53,234 bases of DNA from an uncultured Candidatus Saccharibacteria bacterium. Lineage in GTDB: Bacteria > Patescibacteriota > Minisyncoccia > Minisyncoccales > Staskawiczbacteraceae. The notes under the pieces are model-generated. The model made no database searches. It saw only the letters and a list, made by a program, of their open reading frames with translations, and had not been told where the DNA came from. Shown piece by piece: positions 9,300-20,671 of this stretch (its first letter is position 1; each line of letters begins with the position of its first letter). Location: assembly GCA_964366875.1 (NCBI GenBank), contig CAYIVF010000002.1, forward strand, positions 1-53,234, in the 5' to 3' direction. Made by a program: the position numbers and the translations under genes.

Positions 9300-10089
9300 T
9301 TGCCCGATATGCGATTCGCCCTCTTATTTTTTTGCGTTAAAAAAAGATAGGTTCGGTCAAGAATATAAATATATAAAATGCGGCCAATGCCGATTTTTGT
9401 TTGATGAAGATTTAGTATTGGATAAAGGCAAACTGCAAGCTAAAACAAGCAAGGTTTATCAGGAAGATTATTTTAAGATTATTGACAGCGGCTGGAAAAT
9501 GAGAGGGGATAAAATATCTAAAATTATAAATAAATTTTTGAAAATATATAAGTTTATAAAATATAGAAAAAAACTAAAAGTTTTAGATTATGGAGGAGGA
9601 AATGGCTATATAACTTCAAAGATAGCTCCTTTTTTTGACGTTCTTTACTATGATAAATACGAAAAGCCGACCTATTTCAGCAATTATACGGTTTTAGAAA
9701 AGCCGGCCGAAGCTCATATTGTTTGCGCCATAGAACTGATAGAACATATTACGGATTTTAATGAATGGGATAATCTTGCTAAACTATCTTTTAACGCCTT
9801 GCTTTTTACTACTGAGTTATCAGACGAAATTTCAGATAAAGAATTGACTAATTGGTGGTATTTAAATCCAGACGCAGGACATACCTCTATTTATTCTTTT
9901 ATGGCGCTTTATTTATTAGCTAAAAAGCATGGTTTTGTTTATTTCTTTTTTCCTTCTAAATCTTTTCATATTTTTTTGCGCAATTCATTTTTAAGCAAGA
10001 TTAATTTTGTAGAATTAGAATATCCTATTTACAATATTTTTAGAAAAATAAAACATATATTGAAAAGGTCTCATGAAAATATTTTTTGA
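9292..10089 (+). CDS. class I SAM-dependent methyltransferase with an N-terminal zinc ribbon
   Basis: CPICDS...CGQC is followed by VLDYGGGNGYIT (motif I). The start overlaps the upstream stop. Confidence 0.65.
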   Translation: MINCPICDSPSYFFALKKDRFGQEYKYIKCGQCRFLFDEDLVLDKGKLQAKTSKVYQEDYFKIIDSGWKMRGDKISKIINKFLKIYKFIKYRKKLKVLDYGGGNGYITSKIAPFFDVLYYDKYEKPTYFSNYTVLEKPAEAHIVCAIELIEHITDFNEWDNLAKLSFNALLFTTELSDEISDKELTNWWYLNPDAGHTSIYSFMALYLLAKKHGFVYFFFPSKSFHIFLRNSFLSKINFVELEYPIYNIFRKIKHILKRSHENIF

Positions 10090-11164
10090 CGCTAAAATAT
10101 TATCATTGCAACCGCGCGGAGGAATTAGCCGGTTAGTTTTTGAATTGACAAAATCATTTAGTGAAATTAAAGAATTGGAAAAGATTTTTTATAGAGGTTT
10201 GTATATTGACCAATATCCTTTTAAAAAAGAATGGTTTAAAAAATATTATGGTATCCGTGTTCCGGCCTTTTTTGACAGTCGTTTCGTCAGTTTTTTAGAT
10301 AATATGGGCGCAGAGATGGCTTATAAATTTAACGCAAGTTCTGATTTAATTTATCACTCTTTTTATCACCGCATACCCAAGAATCCCAAAGGTCCAGTGG
10401 TTGTCCATGTGTATGATATGATTCAAGAGCTGTTTTATAATAGTACCAAAACAATAAAATTTAAAAAGAAGTCATTTGATGCGGCGGATTTGATTATTTC
10501 AATATCTGAATCAACCAAAAAAGACCTCTGCGAGCTTTATCCTATTGACCCTAAGAAAGTTATTGTTGCCTATTCTGGCGTGAATGAAGTATTTCTCAAA
10601 GACCGTATTTCAACAAAAAGAGCAAATAAGAGGCCGTATATGCTTTATATTGGCAGCCGCAGTTATAGTTATAAAAATTTTGACCTTTTATTAAATACAT
10701 TTATTGATAAAAAGTATTTTTTTGATTTCGACCTTATTTTAGCGGGCGGAGAAAAAAATCTTGCGCCTGAGCAAAAAGAAAAAATAAAAAATACTGTTAA
10801 ACAGGGAAGCTGGCTTTTGCAAGAATTTTGCGACGATGAAAAATTAGCCGATTTATATTCAGACGCGTCGGTTTTTATTTATCCTTCGCTATACGAGGGT
10901 TTTGGAATCCCCCCCCTTGAAGCAATGGCTCGCGGCTGTCCTGTGGTTGCTTCTAATGTTTCTTCTATTCCGGAAGTAGTTGGCGATGCTGGCTTGCTAT
11001 TTAATCCCAAGGATTCCGACGATTTAGCCCAAAAAATAGAAATGATTATTAATAATAAGTCCACGGCATTAAATCTTATTGAAAAAGGAAAAATCAGAGC
11101 TAAACAATTTACCTGGAATGCTTCAGCTGATACAATTTATCAAGGATATTTAAAATTAATATAA
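10073..11164 (+). CDS. glycosyltransferase, GT4 family
   Basis: [33 protein letters not shown] is a classic GT4 C-terminal motif. Confidence 0.85.
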   Translation: MKIFFDAKILSLQPRGGISRLVFELTKSFSEIKELEKIFYRGLYIDQYPFKKEWFKKYYGIRVPAFFDSRFVSFLDNMGAEMAYKFNASSDLIYHSFYHRIPKNPKGPVVVHVYDMIQELFYNSTKTIKFKKKSFDAADLIISISESTKKDLCELYPIDPKKVIVAYSGVNEVFLKDRISTKRANKRPYMLYIGSRSYSYKNFDLLLNTFIDKKYFFDFDLILAGGEKNLAPEQKEKIKNTVKQGSWLLQEFCDDEKLADLYSDASVFIYPSLYEGFGIPPLEAMARGCPVVASNVSSIPEVVGDAGLLFNPKDSDDLAQKIEMIINNKSTALNLIEKGKIRAKQFTWNASADTIYQGYLKLI

Positions 11165-11232
11165 AATTATAAAATATGAAAGATTTTATCAAGAATTTTT
11201 CCGAGGAGTTAAAAAAGCCCATTCAATGATTT

Positions 11233-11261
11233 TTGCACTGGTTCATATGATATGGTATTAT
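11233..11261 (+). promoter_or_regulatory. candidate internal sigma70-type promoter
   Basis: TTGCAC-17 nt-TATTAT with TGn just upstream of the -10, inside the 160-nt gap before the Rmd-like gene. Confidence 0.35.
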
Positions 11262-11324
11262 AAAATACATATATTTAAAAGATGGAAAAAGCATAATGGA
11301 TATTGTAAAACAGCAATAAAAACT

Positions 11325-12290
11325 ATGAAAATATTAATCACTGGAATAACCGGATTTGTTGGTTCTTATCTTGCCGAATATTGCCTTTCAAAGCCCAATG
11401 TAAAAGTTTATGGGACAGTATTCAGCCCTAATTTTAGAGAAGAAGCGGAAAAGATAAAGAATATTAAAAGTAGGGTAGAACTTTTAAAGTGCAATCTTGT
11501 TCAAAAAGAACAGGTAATCAAAGTTCTTTTGAAATCGAAGCCGGATAAAATTTTTCATTTAGCCGGTCAAAGTCGCGTTTCTTTTTCTTTCCAATCGCCC
11601 GAAAAAACATTATTTAATAATATCATTTCTGACTTGAATATTTTTGAAGGCATTAGAAAATTAAAGCTTAATCCAGTTATAGTTATAGCAGGCAGCTCAG
11701 AGGAATATGGTTTAACCTTTAAAAAAGAATTACCAATAAAAGAAAATAATCCTTTGAGGCCCTTGTCATCCTATGCCGTTTCAAAGATTGCCCAGGAAAA
11801 ATTGGCTTTCCAATATTGTCAAAGTTACGGATTAAAAACAGTTTTAATGCGGTTTTTTAATACCGAAGGTCCAAGACGAGGTCAAGAATTTGTTACTTCT
11901 ACTTTTGCAAAACAAATCGTCGAAATAGAAAAAAACAAAAAAGAACCAACAATCTACGTGGGTAATTTAGACGCTAAAAGAGATTTTATAGATGTAAGAG
12001 ATGTAGTTAGGGCATATTGGTTAGCCTCAGAAAAGTGTAAATTTGGCGAACCATATAATGTTTGTTCTGGAAAAGTAAGGTCAATAAAATCGGTTTTAAA
12101 CCTATTGCTAAGCTTGAGCAAGGTAAAAAATATTAAAGTAAAACAAGACCCAAAAAGAATGCGGCCGTCAGATGTGCCAGTTATTTTAGGCGATTGTTCA
12201 AAATTTAGGAAGCAAACCGGTTGGAAACCAGAAATTCCATTTGAAAAAACAATGGAGGATTTGTTAAATTATTGGAGAGAAGTATTATAA
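11325..12290 (+). CDS. NAD-dependent GDP-sugar dehydratase/reductase (Rmd / GDP-4-keto-6-deoxy-D-mannose reductase-like)
   Basis: The start is moved to MKILITGITGFVGSYLAEY at 11325; the upstream 33 codons look non-coding. SSEEYG, YAVSKIAQE (YxxxK) and RFFNTEGPRRG are present. Confidence 0.7.
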   Translation: MKILITGITGFVGSYLAEYCLSKPNVKVYGTVFSPNFREEAEKIKNIKSRVELLKCNLVQKEQVIKVLLKSKPDKIFHLAGQSRVSFSFQSPEKTLFNNIISDLNIFEGIRKLKLNPVIVIAGSSEEYGLTFKKELPIKENNPLRPLSSYAVSKIAQEKLAFQYCQSYGLKTVLMRFFNTEGPRRGQEFVTSTFAKQIVEIEKNKKEPTIYVGNLDAKRDFIDVRDVVRAYWLASEKCKFGEPYNVCSGKVRSIKSVLNLLLSLSKVKNIKVKQDPKRMRPSDVPVILGDCSKFRKQTGWKPEIPFEKTMEDLLNYWREVL

Positions 12291-12293
12291 TAT

Positions 12294-13052
12294 ATGAATA
12301 TTTTAAAAAAAATTAGAAAAAAAATAAGAGGCGTCGGAAGAAGAGCCGGAATTATGGACGATTTTGATTGGTCTCATTATTACGAGGACGAATATTCAAA
12401 ACAAATTTATGATTTAGAAAAACAATATACTTTTATATTGCCCGATGGCAAATATTCTGTTGTTGATGGAAAAATAATTTTAAATTCTGAGCTTTTGCCC
12501 CTAAATGAAAATCACGAAGCTTTATATGAATCAATTTATGCTTTAAAGCCAAATTCAGTATTAGAAATTGGATGCGGCTGTGGAGATCATTTGGCAAATA
12601 TTAAAAAAATATTGCCCGGAGTAAAATTAAACGGATTGGACCTTTTGCAAAAACAATTAGAATTTTTGCAAAAAAGACATCCAGAATTAAAAAACCAGGC
12701 AAATTTATTTATTCAGGATATGACCTTAAATATTTCCAAAAAAGTTAAAGTTGATTTGGTTTACACGCAGGCTGTTTTAATGCATATCCAAAGATATAAT
12801 CATTACTTGTCTGCTTTTAAAAATATTTTTTTTCTTGCCGAAAAATATGTTGTTCTTATGGAAAATTGGACTAGGCATAATTTTATTGAAGATATTAAAA
12901 AAATTTCAAAAACCTTAGATTTTCCCTGGAAAAATGTTCATTTTTACATTAATGATACCGGTAAACAGATATCATTGATTCTTTCCAAGACGGCTTTGGA
13001 CAAATTTAATGAATTAAAAAACAGTAAAGAATTATTAAAATATTTATGTTAA
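12294..13052 (+). CDS. class I SAM-dependent methyltransferase
   Basis: [12 protein letters not shown] is motif I, and the 252-aa product lies in the sugar locus. Confidence 0.7.
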   Translation: MNILKKIRKKIRGVGRRAGIMDDFDWSHYYEDEYSKQIYDLEKQYTFILPDGKYSVVDGKIILNSELLPLNENHEALYESIYALKPNSVLEIGCGCGDHLANIKKILPGVKLNGLDLLQKQLEFLQKRHPELKNQANLFIQDMTLNISKKVKVDLVYTQAVLMHIQRYNHYLSAFKNIFFLAEKYVVLMENWTRHNFIEDIKKISKTLDFPWKNVHFYINDTGKQISLILSKTALDKFNELKNSKELLKYLC

Positions 13053-14092
13053 AAGCGTTAATAACCGGGATTTGTGGTCAAGACGGGTCATATTTGGCAG
13101 AATTTTTGCTATCCAAGGGTTACGAAGTACACGGCATTATAAGGTGGGATAGTGTTTTTACAACAGAAAGAATAGATCATCTTTATCAAGATCCGCATCT
13201 AAATAATGTTAAATTATTTTTACATTATGGAGACCTTATAGATACCGGAAACTTAGAGCGGTTGATTAATCAAATAAAGCCAGATGAAATATATCATCTT
13301 GGAGCGATGTCTCATGTTAGAGTAAGTTTTGATATGCCCGAATCAACTGCCAATATAGATGGTGTGGGGACTCTAAGAATATTAGAGGCAATTAAAAATT
13401 CTAAATTGCCAGTAAAATTTTATATGGCGGCAAGCTCTGAAATGTTTGGCAGTAACCCTCCACCTCAAAATGAAAATACACCCTTTCATCCTAGAAGCCC
13501 CTATGCTTGCGCTAAAGTTTTTTCCTATCATATTACTCGTTTATATAGAGAGGCCTATGGTATTTTTGCCTGCAGCGGGATTTTATTTAATCACGAGGGA
13601 TGCAGAAGAGGGCCTACTTTTGTGACTAGAAAAATTACAAGAGCCGTAGCAAGGATTAAGGCGGGCTTAGAAAAGAAAATTTATTTAGGGAATATTAATA
13701 CTAAACGCGATTGGGGTTTTGCCCAGGAATATGTGGAAGCAATGTGGCAGATGCTTCAACAGGATTATCCGGATGACTTTGTTATAGCAACTGGCGAAGC
13801 TCACTCGATAAAAGAATTTCTGGAACATGCTTTTCAATATGCTGGTTTGGGTGATTGGAAACAATATATTGAAATTGACCCTCAATATTTTAGGCCGGCA
13901 GAAGTAGAGGTTCTTGTCGGAAATTCGGCAAAGGCCAAAGACAAATTAAATTGGGAGGCAAAAATTAAGTTTAAAGAATTAGTAAAGATAATGGTTGATT
14001 CTGATTTTAGGGCAGTGGGGTTGACTCCGCCAGGAGAAGGAGATAAAATATTAAAAGAAAAATTTACTGATAAATGGTGGAAAGTTGATTAA
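13046..14092 (+). CDS. gmd: GDP-mannose 4,6-dehydratase
   Basis: [45 protein letters not shown] and [11 protein letters not shown] are diagnostic of Gmd. Confidence 0.9.
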   Translation: MLKALITGICGQDGSYLAEFLLSKGYEVHGIIRWDSVFTTERIDHLYQDPHLNNVKLFLHYGDLIDTGNLERLINQIKPDEIYHLGAMSHVRVSFDMPESTANIDGVGTLRILEAIKNSKLPVKFYMAASSEMFGSNPPPQNENTPFHPRSPYACAKVFSYHITRLYREAYGIFACSGILFNHEGCRRGPTFVTRKITRAVARIKAGLEKKIYLGNINTKRDWGFAQEYVEAMWQMLQQDYPDDFVIATGEAHSIKEFLEHAFQYAGLGDWKQYIEIDPQYFRPAEVEVLVGNSAKAKDKLNWEAKIKFKELVKIMVDSDFRAVGLTPPGEGDKILKEKFTDKWWKVD

Positions 14093-14098
14093 AAATAA

Positions 14099-15046
<948 letters not shown>

Positions 15047-15070
15047 TTTTTAAATTTTAGATGATAAAAA

Positions 15071-15916
15071 ATGGAAAATCCATTAGTTTCAGTAATTATT
15101 CCAACCTTCAACAGAGAAAGATATATAAAAAGAGCGCTTGCTAGCGTTCTTTCTCAAACTTATCAGAGTTTTGAAATAATAATTATTGATGACGGGTCAA
15201 CCGACAAAACCAATGAGATTATCAGTCTTTATCTAAAAGATAAAAGAATTCGATATATTTATCAACAGAATCAGGGCGTAAGCATAGCAAACAATAATGG
15301 AATAAAAGTTGCCATAGGTAAATATATTGCTCTTTTGCATTCTGATGATTTTTGGTGCGATGATAAAAAATTAGAAAAACAAGTTAATTTTTTAGAAGGG
15401 CACCATGATTATTTATTGACAGGAGGGGGAATTATAAGAGTGAAAGAAAGCGGTAAAGAAGTTTCTCATATTTTATATCCCGAGACTGAGGAGCAGATTA
15501 AAAAAACAATGCTTTTAAGCTGTTCATTTGCATCTAGCTCTGTTGTTTTTAGAAAAAATGCTTGGGAGATAACCAAGGGATTCGATAAAAATTTAGAAGT
15601 TTGCGAAGACTGGGATTTGTGGCTGAAGATTGGTAAAATCGGTAAACTCTATAATTTTCAGGAATATTTTACCTATTATCAGGAAAGCGAAAAAAGCTTG
15701 TCTAACATTCATCGTAAAAGAAGTTTTAAATATAATCTCAAATTAATCAAAAAATACAGTAAGGATTATTTGTTTTTTAAGAAAGCCATGTTTTTAAATA
15801 TCTGCTATTATTTTTATACTTTTGTGCCATTCAATCAAAAATTATTGCCGATTTTTTCTAAAATAAAAAGAATGATTTTCGGAAAACCATCCTATAAGGA
15901 CTTCAAAACTAAATAG
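15071..15916 (+). CDS. glycosyltransferase, GT2 family
   Basis: VSVIIPTFNRERYIKRALASVLSQTYQSFEIIIIDDGSTDKT, with DD and ED acidic motifs. Confidence 0.85.
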   Translation: MENPLVSVIIPTFNRERYIKRALASVLSQTYQSFEIIIIDDGSTDKTNEIISLYLKDKRIRYIYQQNQGVSIANNNGIKVAIGKYIALLHSDDFWCDDKKLEKQVNFLEGHHDYLLTGGGIIRVKESGKEVSHILYPETEEQIKKTMLLSCSFASSSVVFRKNAWEITKGFDKNLEVCEDWDLWLKIGKIGKLYNFQEYFTYYQESEKSLSNIHRKRSFKYNLKLIKKYSKDYLFFKKAMFLNICYYFYTFVPFNQKLLPIFSKIKRMIFGKPSYKDFKTK

Positions 15917-15924
15917 TCTTTAAA

Positions 15925-16962
15925 TTAATTTGTTTTTGTAATTTCTTCAGATAATATTTTAGCGAAATATCCGGCGCTAAAAGGGTATGCATCGCTACTT
16001 TTAAGAAAATTATTTATAGCGTCTATGTAGTTTAGATAATCTTTATCGGATATATTCTTAATGTATTTATAGAGCTCATCATAAGTTTTAAATTTTTTTT
16101 TGTTAATAAATGTGTTTTGGGGAATATGGTCGGTTATATTCTGCGCTCCCCAATAAACCGGAATGCATCCTCCAAAGAAGCAATCAAATATTTTTTCTGT
16201 GATATAACCTTTAAAATCCCTGACATTTTCATAGCAAATAGAAAATTTATATTTTTCGTAAGTTTTTTTCTTTGATTTAACTTCCCCCTTATAAGAAGGG
16301 TAATCGGGCCTTAAAAGTTTGGTTAAAAATTTCAATCTATTTAATCTGGCTAAATTTATCCCCAAAAATTTGCCCTGAAAATTATGTTTATCCCAGCCTT
16401 TTCCATATAGGTCAAAATCTTCAGGATGGTTATTTTCAAACCAGCGGATTGCTTTTATTCTTTCGGTATATAATTCTAAAGGATGTGAAGCGGACTTATT
16501 GCTGGCTATCAGGGTGCATAATTTTTTCTTTTTACCTAAATCAAAATTTAAATTAGACGGTATTTTATGAGAATAGTTTATTTTAAAATATTTTTTATTG
16601 TCAATAAGTTCATCTGACCAAGTAAATATTTTTTTAAAATATTTGTGGTTTTCTAAATTTAAATTGTCTGGTTTTATAATGGGCGATTCAAAAGTTGTTA
16701 AATATATGTTTCGGAAATTATTTTTAATAAGTTTTTGAAAATATTTATTTTTAAAACCGGGGAAGTCTATAAATACCACGGCGTCAAATTTTTTAAAATC
16801 ATCTTTCATATCAATGGTATTTATTTTATGTCCCAGTTTTTTTAAGTATTGCCCTAAAAAAACAAAGGGATACATCAAATCATCACCGATAGGCGATGAC
16901 GGGTCAGTGAACATTTTGTTTTTGTTAAATTGTTTGGTATGGTTATAAAAACCTATATACAT
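15925..16962 (-). CDS. GT10-family alpha-1,3-fucosyltransferase (FutA-like)
   Basis: YKFSICYENVRDFKGYITEKIFDCFFGGCIPVYWG matches the GT10 signature (Helicobacter FutA has YKFNLCFEN..GYVTEKI.DAYFSHTIPIYWG). The start is set to Met23 (16962) to avoid a 52-nt overlap; the 17028 start is also possible. Confidence 0.8.
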   Translation of the reverse strand: MYIGFYNHTKQFNKNKMFTDPSSPIGDDLMYPFVFLGQYLKKLGHKINTIDMKDDFKKFDAVVFIDFPGFKNKYFQKLIKNNFRNIYLTTFESPIIKPDNLNLENHKYFKKIFTWSDELIDNKKYFKINYSHKIPSNLNFDLGKKKKLCTLIASNKSASHPLELYTERIKAIRWFENNHPEDFDLYGKGWDKHNFQGKFLGINLARLNRLKFLTKLLRPDYPSYKGEVKSKKKTYEKYKFSICYENVRDFKGYITEKIFDCFFGGCIPVYWGAQNITDHIPQNTFINKKKFKTYDELYKYIKNISDKDYLNYIDAINNFLKSSDAYPFSAGYFAKILSEEITKTN

Positions 16963-16976
16963 TTTAAGATAGATTA

Positions 16977-17891
16977 TTAGTGACGGCCGATATAGATTAA
17001 TTTTTTTTTGGTTTTTATCCTTTTCCAAATCCTATCAATCAATTCAGGACGATATTTTCTTGTAGCAAAAAGCAGCCATAAAATTATTTTTCTTAGCGGG
17101 CTTTTTATTTTTGATTGCGTTGTTTTTTTATTCCAGTAGTTTGAAACGCGATAAGCACTTTGAATAGGCCACTTCTCCCTAGAGCTATTTATTAAAGTTT
17201 TTCCCTTAGTGGCAAAAAACATAACTTCTACTCCTTTTGACGACAATATTAATTGTTCTTTTAACGCCGCCTCTTTACATTGATAAATTTTTGCCCCCTT
17301 TTCATAATTTAAAAAAGAACCTTCCAATATAAAACAGCTGAAATTTTTAAAACCATTAAGGGTGAAATAATCAAAAAAAAGAGTTGGACTAATTTGATAA
17401 AAACCGTGATTGATGGCGTTTGATGATGGGCAGTCAAGAATTACCGTTCCTTCGGGTTTTAACATCAGCTTTATATTTTCAAGGGCTTGAGGGATATTAA
17501 AGATATGTTCTAAACTTCCTATATCCAATATAACATCAAATTTGTTATGATATTGCTTCTTAACAGGAATATTCAGGTCCATTAATATGTCGGGGTTTTC
17601 ATAATCCGAAATATCGGCGACAAAAACTCTTTTAGCTCCAAATAAGGACAGAACTGTTTGACAATTAGTGTAATTCTGATAATTCGTTTCTCCCCAAGCA
17701 GGAATTTTATTCTTGGTATCAAAGCCAAGGGGCAGATTTTTGAGGGGCACTTTTTCCTTTTTGAATAACTTTTTAACTTCATTTAAGGTGCCATAAACAG
17801 CTTGCTGACTCAGAACTAATACATCGCCTTTTATAGGATATTTTTTTTGTTCTCTGGCCAATAAATACAAATTTCTTTTTAGCAAAGCCAT
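16977..17891 (-). CDS. class I SAM-dependent methyltransferase
   Basis: The start is set to MALLKRNLYLL (17891), because the 93-codon extension in the ORF track overlaps the divergent GT4 gene. FDVILDIGSLEHIFN and LKPEGTVIL motifs are present. Confidence 0.65.
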   Translation of the reverse strand: MALLKRNLYLLAREQKKYPIKGDVLVLSQQAVYGTLNEVKKLFKKEKVPLKNLPLGFDTKNKIPAWGETNYQNYTNCQTVLSLFGAKRVFVADISDYENPDILMDLNIPVKKQYHNKFDVILDIGSLEHIFNIPQALENIKLMLKPEGTVILDCPSSNAINHGFYQISPTLFFDYFTLNGFKNFSCFILEGSFLNYEKGAKIYQCKEAALKEQLILSSKGVEVMFFATKGKTLINSSREKWPIQSAYRVSNYWNKKTTQSKIKSPLRKIILWLLFATRKYRPELIDRIWKRIKTKKKLIYIGRH

Positions 17892-17982
17892 TTGTTGATT
17901 TTTTCTTAATATAATTATAGGATAATAATATAATAAATTTGTTTTAATTACAAGGCCTAAAAGAGCTTTGTTTTGATTAAAA
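17892..17982. promoter_or_regulatory. AT-rich divergent intergenic (promoter) region
   Basis: This 91-bp gap separates the minus-strand methyltransferase/GT10 pair from the plus-strand GT4 gene. I could not pick unambiguous hexamers. Confidence 0.4.
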
Positions 17983-19140
17983 ATGATTGATAAAAAAGAG
18001 AGGGTCACTATAGCTTTTTTTCTTCCTTCGCTTGAACCTGGAGGAACCGAAAGAAATGTAGTCAATCTTATTAATAATATTGATAGAAAAAAGTATAGAT
18101 TATCTCTTGTTTTGGGCGAAGCGGGAGGAGATTTTACAAGAGAGGTAAACAAAGGTATTCCTATTGTCAATTTAGATGTTTCTTATACATTGGGATTATT
18201 TTTTAAATTAATAAAATATTTTAAAAAAGAAGAACCCGATATTTTTGTTTCTGCTTTTCCCCGCATCAATATTGTTGCTATAATAGCGAGAATTCTTTCA
18301 GGAAAAAAAACAAAAATTGTTATCACCGAACATACTATTTTTTCTTTTCTGCCGATTATTGCCAAAACTTTTTGGCGCAGGTTTTTCGCGCGAGTTTTTC
18401 TGCCTGGCATTAGCAAGTTTGTTTATCCTAAAGCCGATGCGATAATATGCGTTTCTAATGGCATAGCCGACGACCTTTTAAAAATTATCCGTTGTTCAGA
18501 AAAAGTTAGGGTAATTTATAATCCCGTTACAAGCGCTAAAATTTATAAATTAGCAAAAGAACCGCTTAGCCATTCATGGTTTTCTAATTCAAAAATTCCG
18601 GTTATTATTGCAGTTGGACGTTTGGTAAAATGCAAGGATTACCCGAATATTTTTAGGGCTTTTAGCTTAATCCTTCAAAAAGAGCCTGCTCGTCTTGTAA
18701 TTTTAGGAAGAGGGCCGGAAAAAGAAAAATTGATACAACTGGCCGATAAACTTGATTTGTCCAAAAACATCGCTTTTTTAGGTTTTCAAAAAAATCCCTA
18801 CAAGTATATGAAAAAAGCATCGGTTTTTGTTTTATCTTCTTTACAAGAAGGTTTTGGCAATGTAATAATTGAAGCAATGGCTTGCGGAACGCCAGTGGTT
18901 TCAACAAATTGCCCGGCTGGACCAGATGAAATCATTGAAAATGGCAAAAACGGCATTTTAGTTTCCGTTGGGGATTATAAAGAGTTAGCCAAGGCAATTC
19001 AAAAAGTATTAAACAGTCCTTTTTTGAGAAAAAAATTTTCTGATGAGGGCAAAAACAGGGCCCAAGATTTTTCAATAATAAACAGCGTTAAACAATACGA
19101 GGAAGTTTTTTTAAAAATAATGTCCTCGTCGTTTAAATAA
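17983..19140 (+). CDS. glycosyltransferase, GT4 family
   Basis: FFLPSLEPGGTERNVVNL is at the N-terminus. VLSSLQEGFGNVIIEAMACGTPVVSTNCPAGPDEII is the GT4 motif. Confidence 0.85.
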   Translation: MIDKKERVTIAFFLPSLEPGGTERNVVNLINNIDRKKYRLSLVLGEAGGDFTREVNKGIPIVNLDVSYTLGLFFKLIKYFKKEEPDIFVSAFPRINIVAIIARILSGKKTKIVITEHTIFSFLPIIAKTFWRRFFARVFLPGISKFVYPKADAIICVSNGIADDLLKIIRCSEKVRVIYNPVTSAKIYKLAKEPLSHSWFSNSKIPVIIAVGRLVKCKDYPNIFRAFSLILQKEPARLVILGRGPEKEKLIQLADKLDLSKNIAFLGFQKNPYKYMKKASVFVLSSLQEGFGNVIIEAMACGTPVVSTNCPAGPDEIIENGKNGILVSVGDYKELAKAIQKVLNSPFLRKKFSDEGKNRAQDFSIINSVKQYEEVFLKIMSSSFK

Positions 19141-19144
19141 AAAT

Positions 19145-20671
19145 ATGATTAATATTCTAAGTATTTTAAGAACTGATAAAAAAATATTATTTATTTTGTT
19201 TTTGGTTTTATTGATTTTAATCAGCGCAGTTTTTTCTAACTGGGAGATAGCGGTAGGCCTTATGCTTATTTTGTTTTTATCAATAATTACCTTTTTAGTT
19301 CTTTTTAAAATAGGAGTTAGAGACAAGGAAGTATATCAGCTTTTTTTAATCGCTTTTTTAATTCACTTATTCGCCTCGCTTCTTATTTTTTATATAATTT
19401 ATTACACATCTTTTCGTCCCGTCGGCGGCGGCGCGGATTTTGATTTATATCAAAATAACGCTGTTGAAATAGCCAATAGATTCAAACTGGGAAATTTTTC
19501 TTTAAAGGGAATGTACACTGAAAATTATTTCTCGCTGTTTATGGGGATGATATACGTTTTTACCACACCAGAGATGATTATAGGCCAATTATTTTCAGTT
19601 TGGCCGGCAGTTCTTTCCGTTTTACTTGTGTATTTTTTGGTTATTGAAATTGGCGGCTCAAAAAAATGGGCTTTTTTAATCGGATTAGTCGTTAGTTTTT
19701 ATCCGAGCTATTTGTATTTTGGCAGCGTTCCGCTGAAAGATATTTTAGTGATTCCCCTTGTTTTATCTGGAATTTTATTATCTGTAAAAATGTTTAAAAT
19801 TTTTTCGGCGTTCAAGTTTTTGGCTTTTTTTGCTATTTTGACCAGTGTGATTCATTTTCGTTTCTATGTTGGTTATGCCCTGATGTTTAGCTTTATTATT
19901 TGCTGGTTTTTAATATCAAACCTTAAAGTAAGCGAAAGGATTATTTATGGAGCAGCCATTATTTTTCTTTTAGGGTTTTCGCCCCAACTATTGGGTTATG
20001 GCTATTACGGCACAACTCCTCTAAATATTTATCTTACTAAAAAATATATTACAGAGTTGCGGGAAATAGTTTATGCTCCAACTCCTGAAATAGTTTATGC
20101 TCCAACTCCTGAAAAGGAGGTGGCCATAAAAAATCCGCGCGGGACATCCGCTCCCACGCCAGACTTCTATAAAGAAATTCCGACCAAAGAAGAAAATATG
20201 GCAAGTATGCCCAAAGAAACGTTTATAAAAGGCACCGGAGTTAATTCTTCTTTTGTGATAAAAGCTGGTTTTGAGAATCCTTTTACATTTATTAAGAATT
20301 ATTTTCTATCTTTTATTTATAGTTTATTAGGGCCATTTTTCTGGCAAGTAAAAGTAAAGAGACAATTGGTTGCCTTAGCTGAGGTGATTCCTTGGTATTT
20401 TTTCTTTTGCCTTATTTTTTATGGCGCCTATAAATCCATTAAAATATATGGCTTTTTGCAATTTTTGGAGCGCTATAAATATGCTCTTCCTTTGCTATTG
20501 TTTAGTATGATATCATTGGGAGCCCTTTCTCTTTTTATAAATAATTTCGGGATAATTATCAGGATTCGCATTCCTGCCATTATCGCATTATTATGTATTG
20601 TGTCTTTAGAGCCAAGTTTTATTAATAGTTTAGAAAAATGGATAAAAACATTAAAACGCTCTGTTGTATGA
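19145..20671 (+). CDS. polytopic membrane protein, candidate GT-C-type glycosyltransferase or glycan polymerase
   Basis: The 508-aa product has about 10 or more hydrophobic segments. An early loop carries an acidic motif (GGGADFDLYQNN) like GT-C first-loop motifs. A Pro/Thr-rich soluble loop contains the duplicated EIVYAPTP. Confidence 0.45.
   Translation: MINILSILRTDKKILFILFLVLLILISAVFSNWEIAVGLMLILFLSIITFLVLFKIGVRDKEVYQLFLIAFLIHLFASLLIFYIIYYTSFRPVGGGADFDLYQNNAVEIANRFKLGNFSLKGMYTENYFSLFMGMIYVFTTPEMIIGQLFSVWPAVLSVLLVYFLVIEIGGSKKWAFLIGLVVSFYPSYLYFGSVPLKDILVIPLVLSGILLSVKMFKIFSAFKFLAFFAILTSVIHFRFYVGYALMFSFIICWFLISNLKVSERIIYGAAIIFLLGFSPQLLGYGYYGTTPLNIYLTKKYITELREIVYAPTPEIVYAPTPEKEVAIKNPRGTSAPTPDFYKEIPTKEENMASMPKETFIKGTGVNSSFVIKAGFENPFTFIKNYFLSFIYSLLGPFFWQVKVKRQLVALAEVIPWYFFFCLIFYGAYKSIKIYGFLQFLERYKYALPLLLFSMISLGALSLFINNFGIIIRIRIPAIIALLCIVSLEPSFINSLEKWIKTLKRSVV
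20063..20110 (+). repeat. perfect in-frame tandem duplication, 2 x 24 bp
   Basis: gaaatagtttatgctccaactcct occurs at 20063-20086 and again at 20087-20110, followed by gaaa. It encodes EIVYAPTP-EIVYAPTP-E. Confidence 0.95.

Noticed and set aside
11176-11229. A 17-codon mini-ORF (MKDFIKNFSEELKKPIQ*) in the 160-nt gap before the Rmd-like gene.
   Set aside because: It is too short to support. It might be a leader peptide or a gene remnant, but I have no evidence beyond an ATG and a stop.
17892-18170. A 93-codon N-terminal extension of the minus-strand methyltransferase ORF (track coordinates 16977-18170).
   Set aside because: The extension overlaps the well-supported divergent GT4 gene (start at 17983) and has shadow-ORF composition. 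The internal Met at 17891 gives a normal methyltransferase N-terminus.
20063-20110. The tandem 24-bp repeat, considered as a possible CRISPR or minisatellite array.
   Set aside because: There are only two adjacent copies with no spacers, in frame inside a CDS. No cas genes are present and there is no CRISPR-like repeat-spacer periodicity anywhere in the window.
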